DNA of 64,000 nucleotides from Rhynchocyon petersi (Eukaryota): NCBI GenBank assembly GCA_043290085.1, contig CM091797.1, positions 22,174,880 to 22,238,879 of the forward strand, read 5' to 3'. Shown piece by piece: positions 39,368 to 50,798 of this stretch (position 1 is its first letter; each line of letters starts with the position of its first letter). The notes under the pieces were generated by a model. It saw only the letters and a program-made list of their open reading frames with translations, ran no database searches and was not told where the DNA came from. The position numbers and the translations under genes were made by a program.

Positions 39368-39829
39368 CCCATTCTCAAAAAAAGTGATCCAACAACCTTT
39401 GGAAATTATCAAACAATATTATGTACAAGTAAAATTTTACCAAATATTATTTTAAAATTACTGGAACAGTAAATCAACAAGGAACTTCTAGAAATTCAAG
39501 CTGAATTCAGGAAAGGAAAGGAGAGGGTTATAACTGCTGATGTCAGATGTGTCTTTATTGAAAGTAAAATATGCTAGAAAGATATTTACTTGTGTTTTGT
39601 TGACTATTCAAAGGCATTTGACTATGTGGCTCATAATAAACTATTAATAACATTGAGATGAATGGGACTCCTAGAACACTTCATTGTGCTCATGGAAATG
39701 CATTAAGTATACCCAAAAGCAGTTTTTCAAATAGAACAAGTGGACATTTCATGGTTTTAAATCAGGAAAGGTGTACATAGGGGTTGTAGCCCTCCACTAT
39801 ACTTATTTAATCTGCATATTGTTCTTGTT

Positions 39830-41235
39830 AGGTGTCATTGAGTTGAGTATGACTCACAGAGTCTGCTTCTCCTTCGCTGACCCTCCACCTTTCCAAGCAT
39901 GATGTCCCCTTTCAGGGACTGGCCTCTCATAACAACATGCCCCAAATATGTGAGACAAAGCTTCACTATCCTTGCCTCTAAGAAGCACTCTGGTTCCACT
40001 CCAAGAAATATTTCTTTGTTCTTTTGGCATTCCACAGGTTATTAAACACTCTCCTCCAACACCACAGCTCAAAAGAATCAATTCTTCTCTGTCATCCTTA
40101 CTCACCGACTTACAGATATGGCTAATAATCGAGAAGACCATGCCTTTGTTCTCAAATTGACATCATTACTCTTTTTTTGTTTTGTTTTACATCAGTACTC
40201 TTTAGCACTCTGGAGAGGTCTTTAACAGCAAACTTTCCCAATCTAATTCATCTTTTAATTTCTTAACTGATGGTGCTAAGAGTGTTAACTGTGGGTCCAG
40301 GAAAGATTAAATCATTGACAGTTTCAATCCTTTCTCCATTAATTATTCTATTTCTCACTGGCCTAGTGGTGAGGATCATGGTTTTATTGACGCTTAACCA
40401 TAATCTATACTGAGAACTGCAGTCCTTGATATTCTGTAGCAAACTTTTCAAGTCTTCTTCACTTTCAGCAGAGTTGTATCATCTGCATTTCACAAGTTGT
40501 TGATGCTTCTTCCTCCAAACTTCCTCATAGCACCAGTCTTCTTGAATAATTTGCTCTGCATACAGACTGAACAGGTATAGGGATGGGATAGAACACTGAG
40601 GCACGCCTTTTTTGATTTTGAACAAGCCATGCTCTCTTGAGACAATGACCTCTTGATCTAGGTATAGATTTCACATGTGTATAATTAAGTGTTCTGGATT
40701 TACCATTTTTCTCAGTTTCGGCCATAGTTTGTTGTGATCCAACAATCAAATTCCTTTGCATAGTCAATGAAACATAAGTAGACATTCCTCTGGTATACTT
40801 TGCTTTCAGCCAAGATCCATCTGACATCCACAGTGACATCCCTGGTGCCACAGCCCCTTCTAAAATCCAGCCTGACTTTCTGGCAGCTCTTTGTCCTTTT
40901 TAAATAACTTTCTATAGGATTTTGCTTGCATATGGTATCAGTGATCAATGATTGTTGAGCAATTTACACAATATGTGGGATCACCTTTTTTGGAATTGGA
41001 ACAAACATGGATCTCTTCCAATCAATTGGCCAGGTAGCTGTCTTCCAGATTTTTTGGCACAGCTTGTTGAGTACATCCAGGGCTGCATCTGTCTGATGAA
41101 ACAGGTCAATGAGTATCAATGCTGAGGCCTGGTTCTTTGCCAATGTCTTCAGTGCGGCTCCAACTTCTTCCCTCATTACTGTTGGTTCTTGAACATAGTC
41201 TACTTCCTGAAATAGTTCTATGTCAATCACAGTTC
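39830..41235 (-). mobile_element. RTE/BovB fragment (decayed), with additional RTE-derived sequence 39460-39830
   Basis: Minus-strand ORFs 39835-40141, 40263-40451, 40525-40948 and 40964-41230 are colinear with the RTE ORF (…KSLLQNIKDCSSQYRLWL..., …QEPTVMREEVGAALKTLAKNQ...). Confidence 0.7.
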
Positions 41236-41239
41236 TTTA

Positions 41240-41390
41240 ATCTGTATGATGATGATGAGTACCGTTGAGTCATTACTGACTTATAACTGACCCTCCAGCG
41301 GGTTTCCAAAGGCAGTAAATCACATGGGAGTTGATGCCATTCTTTTTCCCGCAGAGCAGCTGGCAGATTTGAACCTCGTAAGAAAATGAT
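41240..41390 (-). mobile_element. Type-B SINE fragment
   Basis: 'ccgttgagtcattactgacttataactgaccctccagcgggtttccaaaggcagtaaatcacatgggag...gcagagcagctggcagatttgaacc'. Confidence 0.45.
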
Positions 41391-41394
41391 CTAA

Positions 41395-41600
41395 GAAATT
41401 GGAGTATTTGAAGGAGAGGATGGCATCAGGATTGGAAAGGACTCATCAGCAACCTGCATTATGTAGCTGACCCAAGGTTCCTTGCAAGAAAGAAGAGGAC
41501 TTAAAGCACTAAAGAAGATGAAAAAGAAAAGCCAAACAAAATCCTGCAGACTTCAATATGGATTGTGTCTCAACATTAACAAAACAAAAATCTTCACCAC
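41395..41600 (+). mobile_element. Old RTE/BovB fragment, part 1 (continues at 47745-48000), split by the L1 #2 insertion
   Basis: ORF 41482-41679 '...CRLQYGLCLNINKTKIFTTG' stops at the L1 5' end. 'TTGP...' continues after the L1 poly(A) at 47745. Confidence 0.7.
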
Positions 41601-42530
41601 TGGAATTCTGGGAAGATGGCGGATCGGTCAGACAAGCGCAAACACCTCTGCTCAACAAACTAAAGAAATACACTTCTAGGGGTTAGAGCAAACCCTGAAG
41701 TGAATCCGGAGCCCCGCGTGGGCATCCCAAGATAGAATTAGGGCAACAAAACATTCATTTTGTGAAAGAGAGATTAATTTAGATACAAAGATTCTACAAC
41801 TCGCTGGCAGACCAAACGGTCGGGACAGATCTGTCTGGAACGGACGCTTCGAGACTCACACGGGGACCCACCTACAGAACCGAACCTTCCTCCAGGTGAG
41901 GGGGTGCGCCGGCGCGGGTGGGGCGGCCAGTAAACTGCCGCGTGGGAGCCTGCAGAAACGTGACTGTGGGTGCTGGAACTTAGAGACTGTCTTTCGGACT
42001 GGGCAGGGAGGGGGCTGCAGCCGACAGCTACCGCAGACAATAGCGCTGGCGGCGGAGTCGCATTGCTGGCAGGAACCGTGACTCGGGGAAGAGGTCAAAC
42101 GTTCAGGATCTCGGGGGCTCCACCCAGGGACACTTGAGCTACCAGCGCAGCACTGGGCGGCGCGGGGCAGGTGCAGACACGTGGGAGATCTGACCTGGTC
42201 TAAATAATCACAAACCCCGAGCCCCACAGAGACCTGGCTCCAATCTCTGAGACCAACTCTGCTGCAGGCTCCTCCCACACTTAAAGAACCAGGGTCGGAT
42301 TTCTGCCACTCTTCAAAGAAAACAATTTCTGAACTTTACGCTGCAGCCCTGACCTCAGCCCTCTAAAACCCTCACGCCCAAACCCCACTCGCAAAAGCCC
42401 GCCCCCCAACAACAAAAAAATCCCCATTCGTCATAACTGCGCATCTATTCAGAAAAAAAATATACAAACATTGTGATTGCAGAAACTGTCCAACAAAGTC
42501 TAACGATAGCATAACACTTACAAGAGCACA

Positions 42531-43592
42531 ATGCCTAAGAGGCAGCAATCACTATTAAATATGACTAAAAAACAAAATACAAGCTCACCTAAAAAACAAG
42601 ACCAGAATATAGAAGCAATGAAATCTCCAGAGACAGAAACGCTGGGGAACAACACAGTGGAAGAACGCATAGAGCTAGTGCTGAAGAAACTAGAAGCAAT
42701 AGAAAAGAAATTGGATGCCACAAACAATGACATAATAAATATTAAAAAATTATTGCAAGACCAAGCAGATGCAATAAACACAATGGGAGAAAGAATAGAC
42801 AAACAAGAGAATGCAATCCAGAAAAATGCAACAGATATAACAGAAATTCACACGACATGTGAGGGTCTAAAGAGCAGCATCGAGGAGTTACAACAAAGAG
42901 TGTGTGAGCTAGAAGAACATAGACTCAATGAGAACCTAGCAGAGGAAAAAGCAGAACTGAGATGGAGGGAAGAGGAAGAGAGGATGAGACTCATGTTGGA
43001 TGGCATGAAGAGGAACAATGTTAGGATCATTGGAATACCTGAACAAGAGGAGAAGGCAAAAAGTATCGAGAAAATTGTGGAGGAGGTCCTAGAGGAAAAT
43101 TTTCCAGGCATCCTGCAAAATGAAGATATATGTATTCAAGAAGCCCAACGCACTCCAAATAGATTTGATCCCAAAAGAAAAACATCAAGACATATCATAG
43201 TCAAATTCTCCAAAACCAAAGACAAGGAGAGAATTTTGAAAGCAGCCCGAGAAAAACAAAAAGCCACCTTCAAAGGGGAACCAATCCGCCTGAGCTTAGA
43301 CCTCTCCCAAGAAACCATGCAAATGAGAAGGCAGTGGGATAGCATATACAGAAAGCTGAAGGAAAACAACTGCCAACCAAGAATTCTCTACCCGGCAAGA
43401 TTGTCTATTAAATATGAAGGAGAAATCCTATCTTTCGCTGGAAAATCGGAACTCATGGAATTTACAAAAACAAGACCGGCTCTACATGAACTTCTTAAGG
43501 AAGTCCTACATGGAGACACATCAAAGAAAAATGGTTGGACGAAGGTTACAAAGAACAATGCAAGAAACCACTCGACGAAATGGCACCACTAA
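42531..43592 (+). CDS. L1 ORF1p (353 aa, intact: N-terminal region, coiled coil, RRM-like, C-terminal domain)
   Basis: Uninterrupted ATG-to-stop ORF. Heptad-rich '[53 protein letters not shown]'. Matches the decayed ORF1 of L1 #1. Confidence 0.85.
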   Translation: MPKRQQSLLNMTKKQNTSSPKKQDQNIEAMKSPETETLGNNTVEERIELVLKKLEAIEKKLDATNNDIINIKKLLQDQADAINTMGERIDKQENAIQKNATDITEIHTTCEGLKSSIEELQQRVCELEEHRLNENLAEEKAELRWREEEERMRLMLDGMKRNNVRIIGIPEQEEKAKSIEKIVEEVLEENFPGILQNEDICIQEAQRTPNRFDPKRKTSRHIIVKFSKTKDKERILKAAREKQKATFKGEPIRLSLDLSQETMQMRRQWDSIYRKLKENNCQPRILYPARLSIKYEGEILSFAGKSELMEFTKTRPALHELLKEVLHGDTSKKNGWTKVTKNNARNHSTKWHH

Positions 43593-46500
43593 AACCCCAT
43601 CTTTCAATTATCTCCCTGAATGTGAATGGCCTAAATGCACCAAGTAAGAGAAAGAGAGTGACGGAATGGATACAGAAACAAAACCCATCAATATGCTGCC
43701 TTCAAGAGACACATCTAACAGCTGAGGAGAAGAATAGATTGAAAATTAAAGGATGGAAAAAAATTTACCAGGCAAATGGCACTCAGAAGAAAGCAGGGGT
43801 AGCAATACTAATATCTGACAAGGTAGACTTCAGGGAGGAGACCAGCATGAGAGACGGGGAAGGCCATTTTATATTGCTTAAAGGGACAATAGAGCAAGAC
43901 AATATAACGTTAATTAATGTCTATGCACCAAATGATAGACCTGCAAAATACATGAAACAAATTCTAACAAGCATGAAGAAAGAAATAGACGCCAACACTA
44001 TAGTAGTGGGGGACTTCAACACACCGCTCTCAATGAAAGATAGATCAACTCGTAGGAGACTCAGTAAAGACACAGAAGAACTAAACCATACAATCAACCA
44101 ACTTGGTCTCATGGACATACATAGAGCACTTCACCCAACAAGAACCCAATTTACATTCTTCTCAAGTGCACATGGTACATTCTCCAGAATTGACCACATT
44201 TTAGGGCACAAAGCAAGCCTCTATAAATTCAAAAACATTGGAGTAATACAAAGTGTCTTCTCAGACCACAACGCAATAAAGCTAGAAATAAATGACAAGA
44301 AGACCATAATGAAAAAAGCACCCATGTGGAAGTTAAAGAATACCTTGCTGGATCACTATTGGGTCGTTGAGCAAATAAAAGACGAGATTAAAAAATTCCT
44401 GGAAATAAATGAGAATGAAGACACTACATATCCAAATCTCTGGGATACAGCAAAGGCAGTACTGAGAGGACAATTTATATCAATTAGCAAACACATTAAA
44501 AAAGAAGAAGAAAGTACAACAAACTACTTAACCCAACATCTACAACAAATAGAAAAGGAACAACAAGCTAACCCCACGGCTTCGAGAAGAAAAGAAATTA
44601 TAAAGACAAGGTCTGAAATAAATTCAATAGAGAATAGAAGGACAATAGAGGCAATTAACAGGACCAGGAGTTGGTTTTTTGAAAGGGTCAATAAAATCGA
44701 TAGACCATTGGCAAACTTAACAAGAGAAAACAAAGAAAGGTCACAAATAAATCGACTAGTAAACGAGAGAGGTATCATCACAACAGAACCGACAGAAATT
44801 AAAAGGATAATAACGGAATATTATGAAAAGCTATACTCTGACAAATTTGAAAACCTAGAGGAAATGGACAAATTTCTAGAAACTCACACTTTACCCAAAC
44901 TGGAAACGGCAGAAGTAGAACACCTGAACAGACCCATAACAAAAAAAGAAATCAAGGACATTATTAAAAAACTCCCAACGAAAAAAAGCCCGGGACCAGA
45001 TGGCTTCACTGGAGAATTCTATCAAACATTTAGGGAAGAGCTGTCACCAATTTTACTTAAACTATTTCTAAACATACAAAAAGAAGGAATGCTGCCAAAT
45101 TCCTTCTATGAAGCCAGCATAACTCTCATCCCTAAACCAGGCAAGGACGCTACCAAAAAAGAAAACTATAGGCCAATTTCTCTCATGAACATAGATGCAA
45201 AGATCCTTAATAAAATACTAGCCAATAGAATACAACAATATATTAAAAAGATAATTCACCACGATCAAGTAGGTTTCATAACAGGTATGCAGGGCTGGTT
45301 TAACATAAGAAAAACCATCAACGTAATTCACCACATTAATAAAACAAAGCATAAGAACCACATGGTTATATCAATTGATGCAGAAAAGGCTTTTGACAAA
45401 GTCCAGCACCACTTCTTATTAAAAACACTCAACAAAATTGGACTAGAGGGGAATATCTTTAACATAATTAAAAATATTTATGCAAAACCAAGAGCCAACA
45501 TTATTTTAAATGGAGAGAGACTAAAGGAATTCCCCCTGCTAACAGGGACCAAACAAGGATGCCCACTCTCACCACTCCTGTTCAACATAGTCCTGGAAGT
45601 GCTAGCCAGAGCAATAAGGCAAGACAGAGACATAAGAGGAATCATTATAGGCAAAGAGGAAGTAAAGCTTTCCCTCTATGCAGATGACATGATACTATAT
45701 CTAGAAAATCCTAAAGACTCAACCAAAAAGCTGTTAGACCTAGTAGAACAATTTGGCAGAGTCGCAGGATACAAAATCAACATCCATAAATCAGTAGGAT
45801 TCCTCTATAGCAACAAAACGAATGAAGAGGAAATTTAAAAAGACATTCCATTCACAATAGCCAAACATAAAATAAAGTATCTGGGAATAAACCTGACTAG
45901 AAACACAAAAGACCTCTACAGAGAAAACTACAAAATTTTCTTACAGGAAACAATGCGAGATCTACTCAAATGGAAAGATATTCCTTGCTCATGGCTTGGA
46001 AGACTTAACATTGTAAAAATGACAGTCCTACCTAAAACCATCTACAGGTTTAATGCGATTCCAATCCAGATACCAACATCATTCTTCAAGGATATAGAGA
46101 AATCTATCTCTAACTTCATTTCGAAGGGAAAGAGACCTCGGATAAGCAAATCACTTCTGAAAAATAAAGATGAAATAGGAGGTATCACGCTCCCGGACCT
46201 CAAAACATACTACACAGCAGTAGTCCTCAAAACAACATGGTACTGGTACAACAATAGAGACACAGATCAATGGAACAGAATAGAGATGTCAGAAGTCAAG
46301 CCCTCTACCTACAGTCAACTGATATTCGACAAAGAAATTAAACCCCTCAGATGGGGAAATGATAGCCTTTTCAACAAGTGGTGCTGGCAAAATTGGATAG
46401 CCACCTGCAGAAAGCTGAAACAGGACCCACACCTCACTCCATACACAAAAATAGACTCAAAGTGGATTAGAGACATAGGAGTAAAACCAAAAGCAATCAA

Positions 46501-47440
46501 GTTCTTCAGGGAAAATATAGGAAAAACCTTAGAAGCCCTGGTGTATGGCATAAACAGGCTTACAAACCTAGCCAAAAACACACAACCAGGAGGAGAGAAA
46601 ATCGACCAGTGGGATCTCCTAACAATCAAATCCTTGTGCTCATCCAAAAACTTTCGCAGCAGAGTAAAAAGAGAGACCACAGACTGGGAAAAAATATTTG
46701 GCAACAACACCTCAGACAAAGGTCTCATTACTGGAATCTACAGAATACTACAAAGCCTCTATAAGAAAAAAACTCCTGACCCAATTACAAAATGGGCAAG
46801 GGACATGAAAAGAGTCTTCACTGAGGAGGAAATTCAGATGGCCAAGAGGCACATGAGGAAATGCTCAAAATCACTAGCAATTAGAGAGATGCAAATCAAA
46901 ACAACGATGAGATACCACCTCACCCCAGCAGCAATGACCAAGATTAACAAGACTGTAAGCAATAAGTGCTGGAGAGGATGTGGAGAGGTGGGAACCCTTT
47001 TGCACTGCTGGTGGGAATGCAAAATGGTGCAGCCACTATGGAAATCAATCTGGCGCTTCCTCAAAAGCATGGGAATAGAGATTCCATTTGACCCAGCTAT
47101 TCCTCTCTTGGGGATTTACCCCAAAGAAAACAGAGCTGAGAAACACACATGCACTCCCATGTTTGCTGCAGCTCTATTCACTATAGCAAGAAGATGGAAG
47201 CAGCCCAAATGCCTCTCAACAAATGAATGGATAGAGAAACTGTGGTACATTCACACAATGGAATACTATGCAGCAGTGAGGAACAACGAAGTATTCAACA
47301 AACACTACCCAGTATGGGAGAAGCTGGAGGACATTATGCTGAGTAAAATGACTCAGTCGCACAAGGACAAATACTGTATCAGACCCCTTATTGTGAAAAT
47401 AAGATATGGGGTGGGAAACAAGACACAGGACGGGAAATAA
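43535..47440 (+). pseudogene. L1 ORF2p (endonuclease, reverse transcriptase, Cys-rich C-terminal domain). Single in-frame TAA at 45836-45838, otherwise open (767 aa + 38 codons + 495 aa)
   Basis: APE-like EN '[20 protein letters not shown]...', RT '[17 protein letters not shown]', 'YADDMILYL', C-terminal '[18 protein letters not shown]'. Same frame before and after the stop. Overlaps the ORF1 end by 58 nt. Confidence 0.85.
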
Positions 47441-47984
47441 GCCAAGGGACAAGCTGGGTTGGGGAGATCAGGAATAGAATGGACAATGACTATTGAGCTG
47501 GACAGAGAGAAGGGAAGATAAATATGGAAACTAAGGACTAATGGACTAATTGGATACACACCAAAGAAGCAGGCGTGCCTGTCAGCTTATATGCTTATAT
47601 GGGGAGGGGAGGGTGGAGTGGGGGGAGCCAGGGAGGGCTGGGATCATATGTAAGGGGATCTTGATTGGGCTAAGATTGCATTGACCAATTGTTAAAGTAT
47701 TACTTAATAAAAGTAAATAAATAAAAAAAAAATCTTCACCACTGGACCAAGATGAACATTATATTATGATTGTTGGAGAAGACTGAGTTTCCCAAGGATC
47801 TATTTTACTTAGCTCCACAATCAACATCTATGGAAGCAGCAGTCAAGAAAAAAAAAGAGACATTGAAATAGGCAAACCTTCTGTCAAAGACTTCTTTAAA
47901 ATGCTGAAAAACAAGGATGCCACTTTAAAGACTAAGGTGTTCCTGACCCAACCCGTCATGTTCTTAATTGCTCCTTATATATGT

Positions 47985-48372
47985 AAAGCTCTGGTGGCCT
48001 AGTGGTAAGCAGCTGCACTATTAATCTAGAGGCAAGTGGTTTGAATCCACCAGCTATCCTGTGGGAGAAAGAAAGGCAGTCAAATTCCAAGCGACTTCTT
48101 GTTGTTAGGTGCCCCTGAGTCAGGTACAATTCATAGCTACCCCATGAAAAGCAGATCGGAAATCCACCCTATTCTATACCATCCTATCATTCCTGACACA
48201 GCTGGCATATCCTAGTGGTGAGGAGCTGCACTGCCAACTCAAATGCACGTGGTTTGAGTCCGCCAGCTGCTCCATGGGAGAAAAAGTAGATTCAGCTCCC
48301 ACAGGTGATATACTTTGCCTCCAGAGACCCTCGGGAGGGTCACTATGAGTCGGCCTTGACTCGACAGTACCC
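47985..48372 (+). mobile_element. Type-B SINE head fragment (47985-48090) and type-A SINE (48199-48372)
   Basis: 'gtaaagctctggtggcctagtggtaagcagctgcactattaatc...' and 'cagctggcatatcctagtggtgaggagctgcactgccaactcaaatgcacgtggtttgagtccgccagctgctcc...cgactcgacagtacc'. Confidence 0.6.
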
Positions 48373-48389
48373 CACCACCACCACTGCAA

Positions 48390-48866
48390 TCACTGTGTTC
48401 ATTCATGTAGTGGAGGCTCTGCCTGTCTTTTTATGACCCTCCACTTTTCCAAATATGGTGTTCCTGCCCAGGGACTGGCCTTTCCTAACAACATGTCCAA
48501 AATATGTGAGGCCAAGTTTCACCATCCTTGACTCCATGCAGCACTCTGGTTGGACTCTCTCCAGGACATATTTGTTTGTTCTTTTGGCAGTTCATGAGAT
48601 ACTGCCCACTCTTCCCCAACACTACAGGTCAAAGGCATGAATTCTTCCATCATCATTATTCATCATCTAAGTTTCAGATGCATAGCTAGTACTTGAGAAG
48701 GCCATGGTTTGGATCAGGTGTACCTTTGTCTTCAAACCAACATCATTACTCTTTAGTACTTTGGAGAGGTCTTTAACAGCAGACTTTCCCAATGTGATTC
48801 CTGAGTGATTTATTGCCTCTGAAAATCCATGTGAGGGTCAGCCATGAGCCAATTCTGACTCCATAG
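48390..48866 (-). mobile_element. Old RTE/BovB-derived sequence (minus strand) plus a SINE/RTE tail remnant. This is the integration context of the provirus
   Basis: Minus-strand reading resembles the RTE C-terminal region. '...gagggtcagccatgagccaattctgactccatag' is tail-like. Confidence 0.5.
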
Positions 48867-49176
48867 TGTAGTAGTTGAGAAATATTGAGGATTCCTGGTA
48901 TAAGGTTTAATGACGCTGTTTGTAATACCAGCCTGTAAAGAGTTAATGAGTTGGCGGACTCTGTCTTACCACAGAGTTTTTCCGGTGTGTAGAGCAGACT
49001 CTGGAGAGAGTCTCAGGAAGTAGTCACTCTTGTTTATGATTAAAAGACGTCACTAAACCACTCCCCCCCAAAACGAATAAAAACGGCAGGGCCGGAAATT
49101 CCTTCCCTTTTCGCCTACACCTTTCTGGAGGTCGGTGTGCTGATTTTGTCCGCGGAAAAACCTCGTGGTCGCGACA
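48867..49176 (+). repeat. 5' LTR (310 bp). TATA-like 'tataagg' ~48899, AATAAA ~49075
   Basis: Identical to 56487-56796 except c/a at 48961/56581. Begins 'tgtagtag', ends 'gtcgcgaca'. Confidence 0.9.
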
Positions 49177-49178
49177 TT

Positions 49179-49196
49179 TGGTGCAGCGAGCAGCCA
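49179..49196 (+). other. Primer-binding site (PBS) region 'TGGTGCAGCGAGCAGCC...' two nt after the LTR. Primer tRNA not identified
   Basis: Canonical arrangement LTR...CA + 'tt' + TGG... The first 7 nt match the Gly-tRNA-type PBS start 'TGGTGCA', but the rest does not match tRNA 3' ends I can recall. Confidence 0.5.
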
Positions 49197-49240
49197 GACT
49201 GGGTAATATACAGGGTAACTTGCCCTTCCCAACGGGAATC

Positions 49241-50798
49241 ATGACACCTTTTCTCATCGGGGATTGGCTTTTTACTTTTGTCCTTTTGGCGGAATTAATA
49301 TACCCATTTTCTGCTTTTGCTTTATACAATGTTATGATGGCTATGCTAAGATTTATAATAAAAAAGGTCCGAAGCCTGTTTAGTAAGGAGGATAAGGTTG
49401 AATTAAGAGACCAAATTGCAAAAATTTTAAGAATATTAGAAAAATTGGAGAAAGATTCTGAAATGAAAGATCAATCTATTTCAAATTTGACTAAAAAGGT
49501 AGAAAAAATTACAAAAATACTGAATTATTCCAATTCTGAATTGTTGGCCTCTGAACAAAAAAAAAATCAAAAAGGAAAAATTTATAACCACCACTGATAC
49601 TTTAAAACAAGCTAACAAAGAGGACCTCAGTGAGTGGTATCATTCAACTGAAGATGACTCTTTAGAAGCATATCCTATTATTACTAAGGTAATCCCCAAT
49701 AACCGGAATGCTCAAAATGTTAGAAGGGTAAATGAACATAAACACATAGACTATAAATTAATAAAGGAACTAAAACAGGCAATTGCATCTTTTGGTCCAC
49801 AAAATAGTTTTTGTAAAGGAATTTTACGAAATTTAAGATCAGAATTTAAGCTTATTCCCTATGATTGGGATTGGATTGCTAACATGGTCCTAGAGCCAGG
49901 CACATACCTACAATTCAAAACCTGGTGGGCAGATGAAGCCAAGAAAATGGAGAGAACAAACCGTGATAGAAACCCTCCAATACAGATAAATGCTGATCAG
50001 CTTTTAGGAAGAGGGCAATGGACAGAAATGGAACAGCAACTAAATTATGAGCAGGATGTCATAGCACAGGTAGAAACATGTTGCCTGAGGGCATGGGATA
50101 TAATAGAGGCTCCAGGTACAGAAAAACAGTCATTTGTAAAGATTATACAGTCTCCTGATGAAAAGTACACTGACTTCATATCGAGACTGAAAGATTGTTT
50201 AGAAAGAAATATTCCTCACCAAGAGACCAGGGACTTTCTCTTAAAGCTGCTAGCCTTTGAAAATGCCAATACAGAATGCCAAAATGTCATGCGGCCACTA
50301 AAAATACAAAATGCTTCATTGGACGACTATATCAGGGCATGCATGGACGTAGCAAGTAAACACCAGGCTAATCTAATTGCAGCTGCTTTGAGGGAAAGAG
50401 TTGACAAAAGAAAAATGAGATGTTATAATTGTGGGAAAATAGGACATCTGAGGAGAGAATGCCGAAATCAAGGTTTCAGACCTATTAATAGTAATAGACT
50501 ACCTACTGAGATATGTGGCCGATGCAGGAAGGGTTTCCATTGGGCCAATGAATGTAGATCTGTATTTGACAAACAAGGAAACAGAATCCCTCCAAAAAAC
50601 AGAACAACGGGCTCTACCCGAGGCCCGAGACAAAACAACCCGGGTTACCAGAATTATCCTGTCATTTACGAGATGATGGCCCAGGATCACCATCAATATC
50701 CGGCCAATTACGGAATGGTGACACAAAATTATCAACAATATCCCCTCAGCAACAATACAATAGCTCAGGGAGCAAACAACACGTCTCTGACACCTTGA
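49241..50798 (+). CDS. gag: gag (capsid MHR, two CCHC zinc knuckles). N-terminal ~107 codons are in the +2 frame relative to the rest, with the switch inside an A10 run at 49557-49566
   Basis: Frame 0 is open 49524-50798: 'QSPDEKYTDFISRLKDCLER' (major homology region), 'CYNCGKIGHLRRECRN' and 'CGRCRKGFHWANECRS'. Frame 2 is open 49178-49597, with its first ATG at 49241. The two overlap only across the poly-A run. Confidence 0.75.
50594..50600 (+). promoter_or_regulatory. gag-pro -1 ribosomal frameshift slippery heptamer A AAA AAC (in the gag frame)
   Basis: The pro frame is open only from 50570, so the shift must occur between 50570 and 50796. AAAAAAC at 50594-50600 is in the X XXY YYZ register of gag. 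It is the same heptamer used at the MMTV gag-pro junction. Confidence 0.65.

Larger units (their letters stand above)
41601..47737 (+). mobile_element. Full-length young L1 (LINE-1) #2. 5'UTR 41601-42530, ORF1, ORF2, 3'UTR with a G-rich tract, poly(A)
   Basis: Intact 353-aa ORF1. ORF2 is a 1302-codon frame with one internal TAA. Flanked by the ~15-19-bp TSD '(aaaaa)tcttcaccactgga' (41582-41600 and 47737-47754). Confidence 0.9.

Noticed and set aside
49178..49597. A stand-alone 139-aa ORF starting with TTG directly after the LTR
   Set aside because: The TTG start overlaps the PBS. The frame is better explained as the gag N-terminus (ATG at 49241) displaced by a 1-nt indel in the A10 run. It is retained as part of gag, not as an independent gene.
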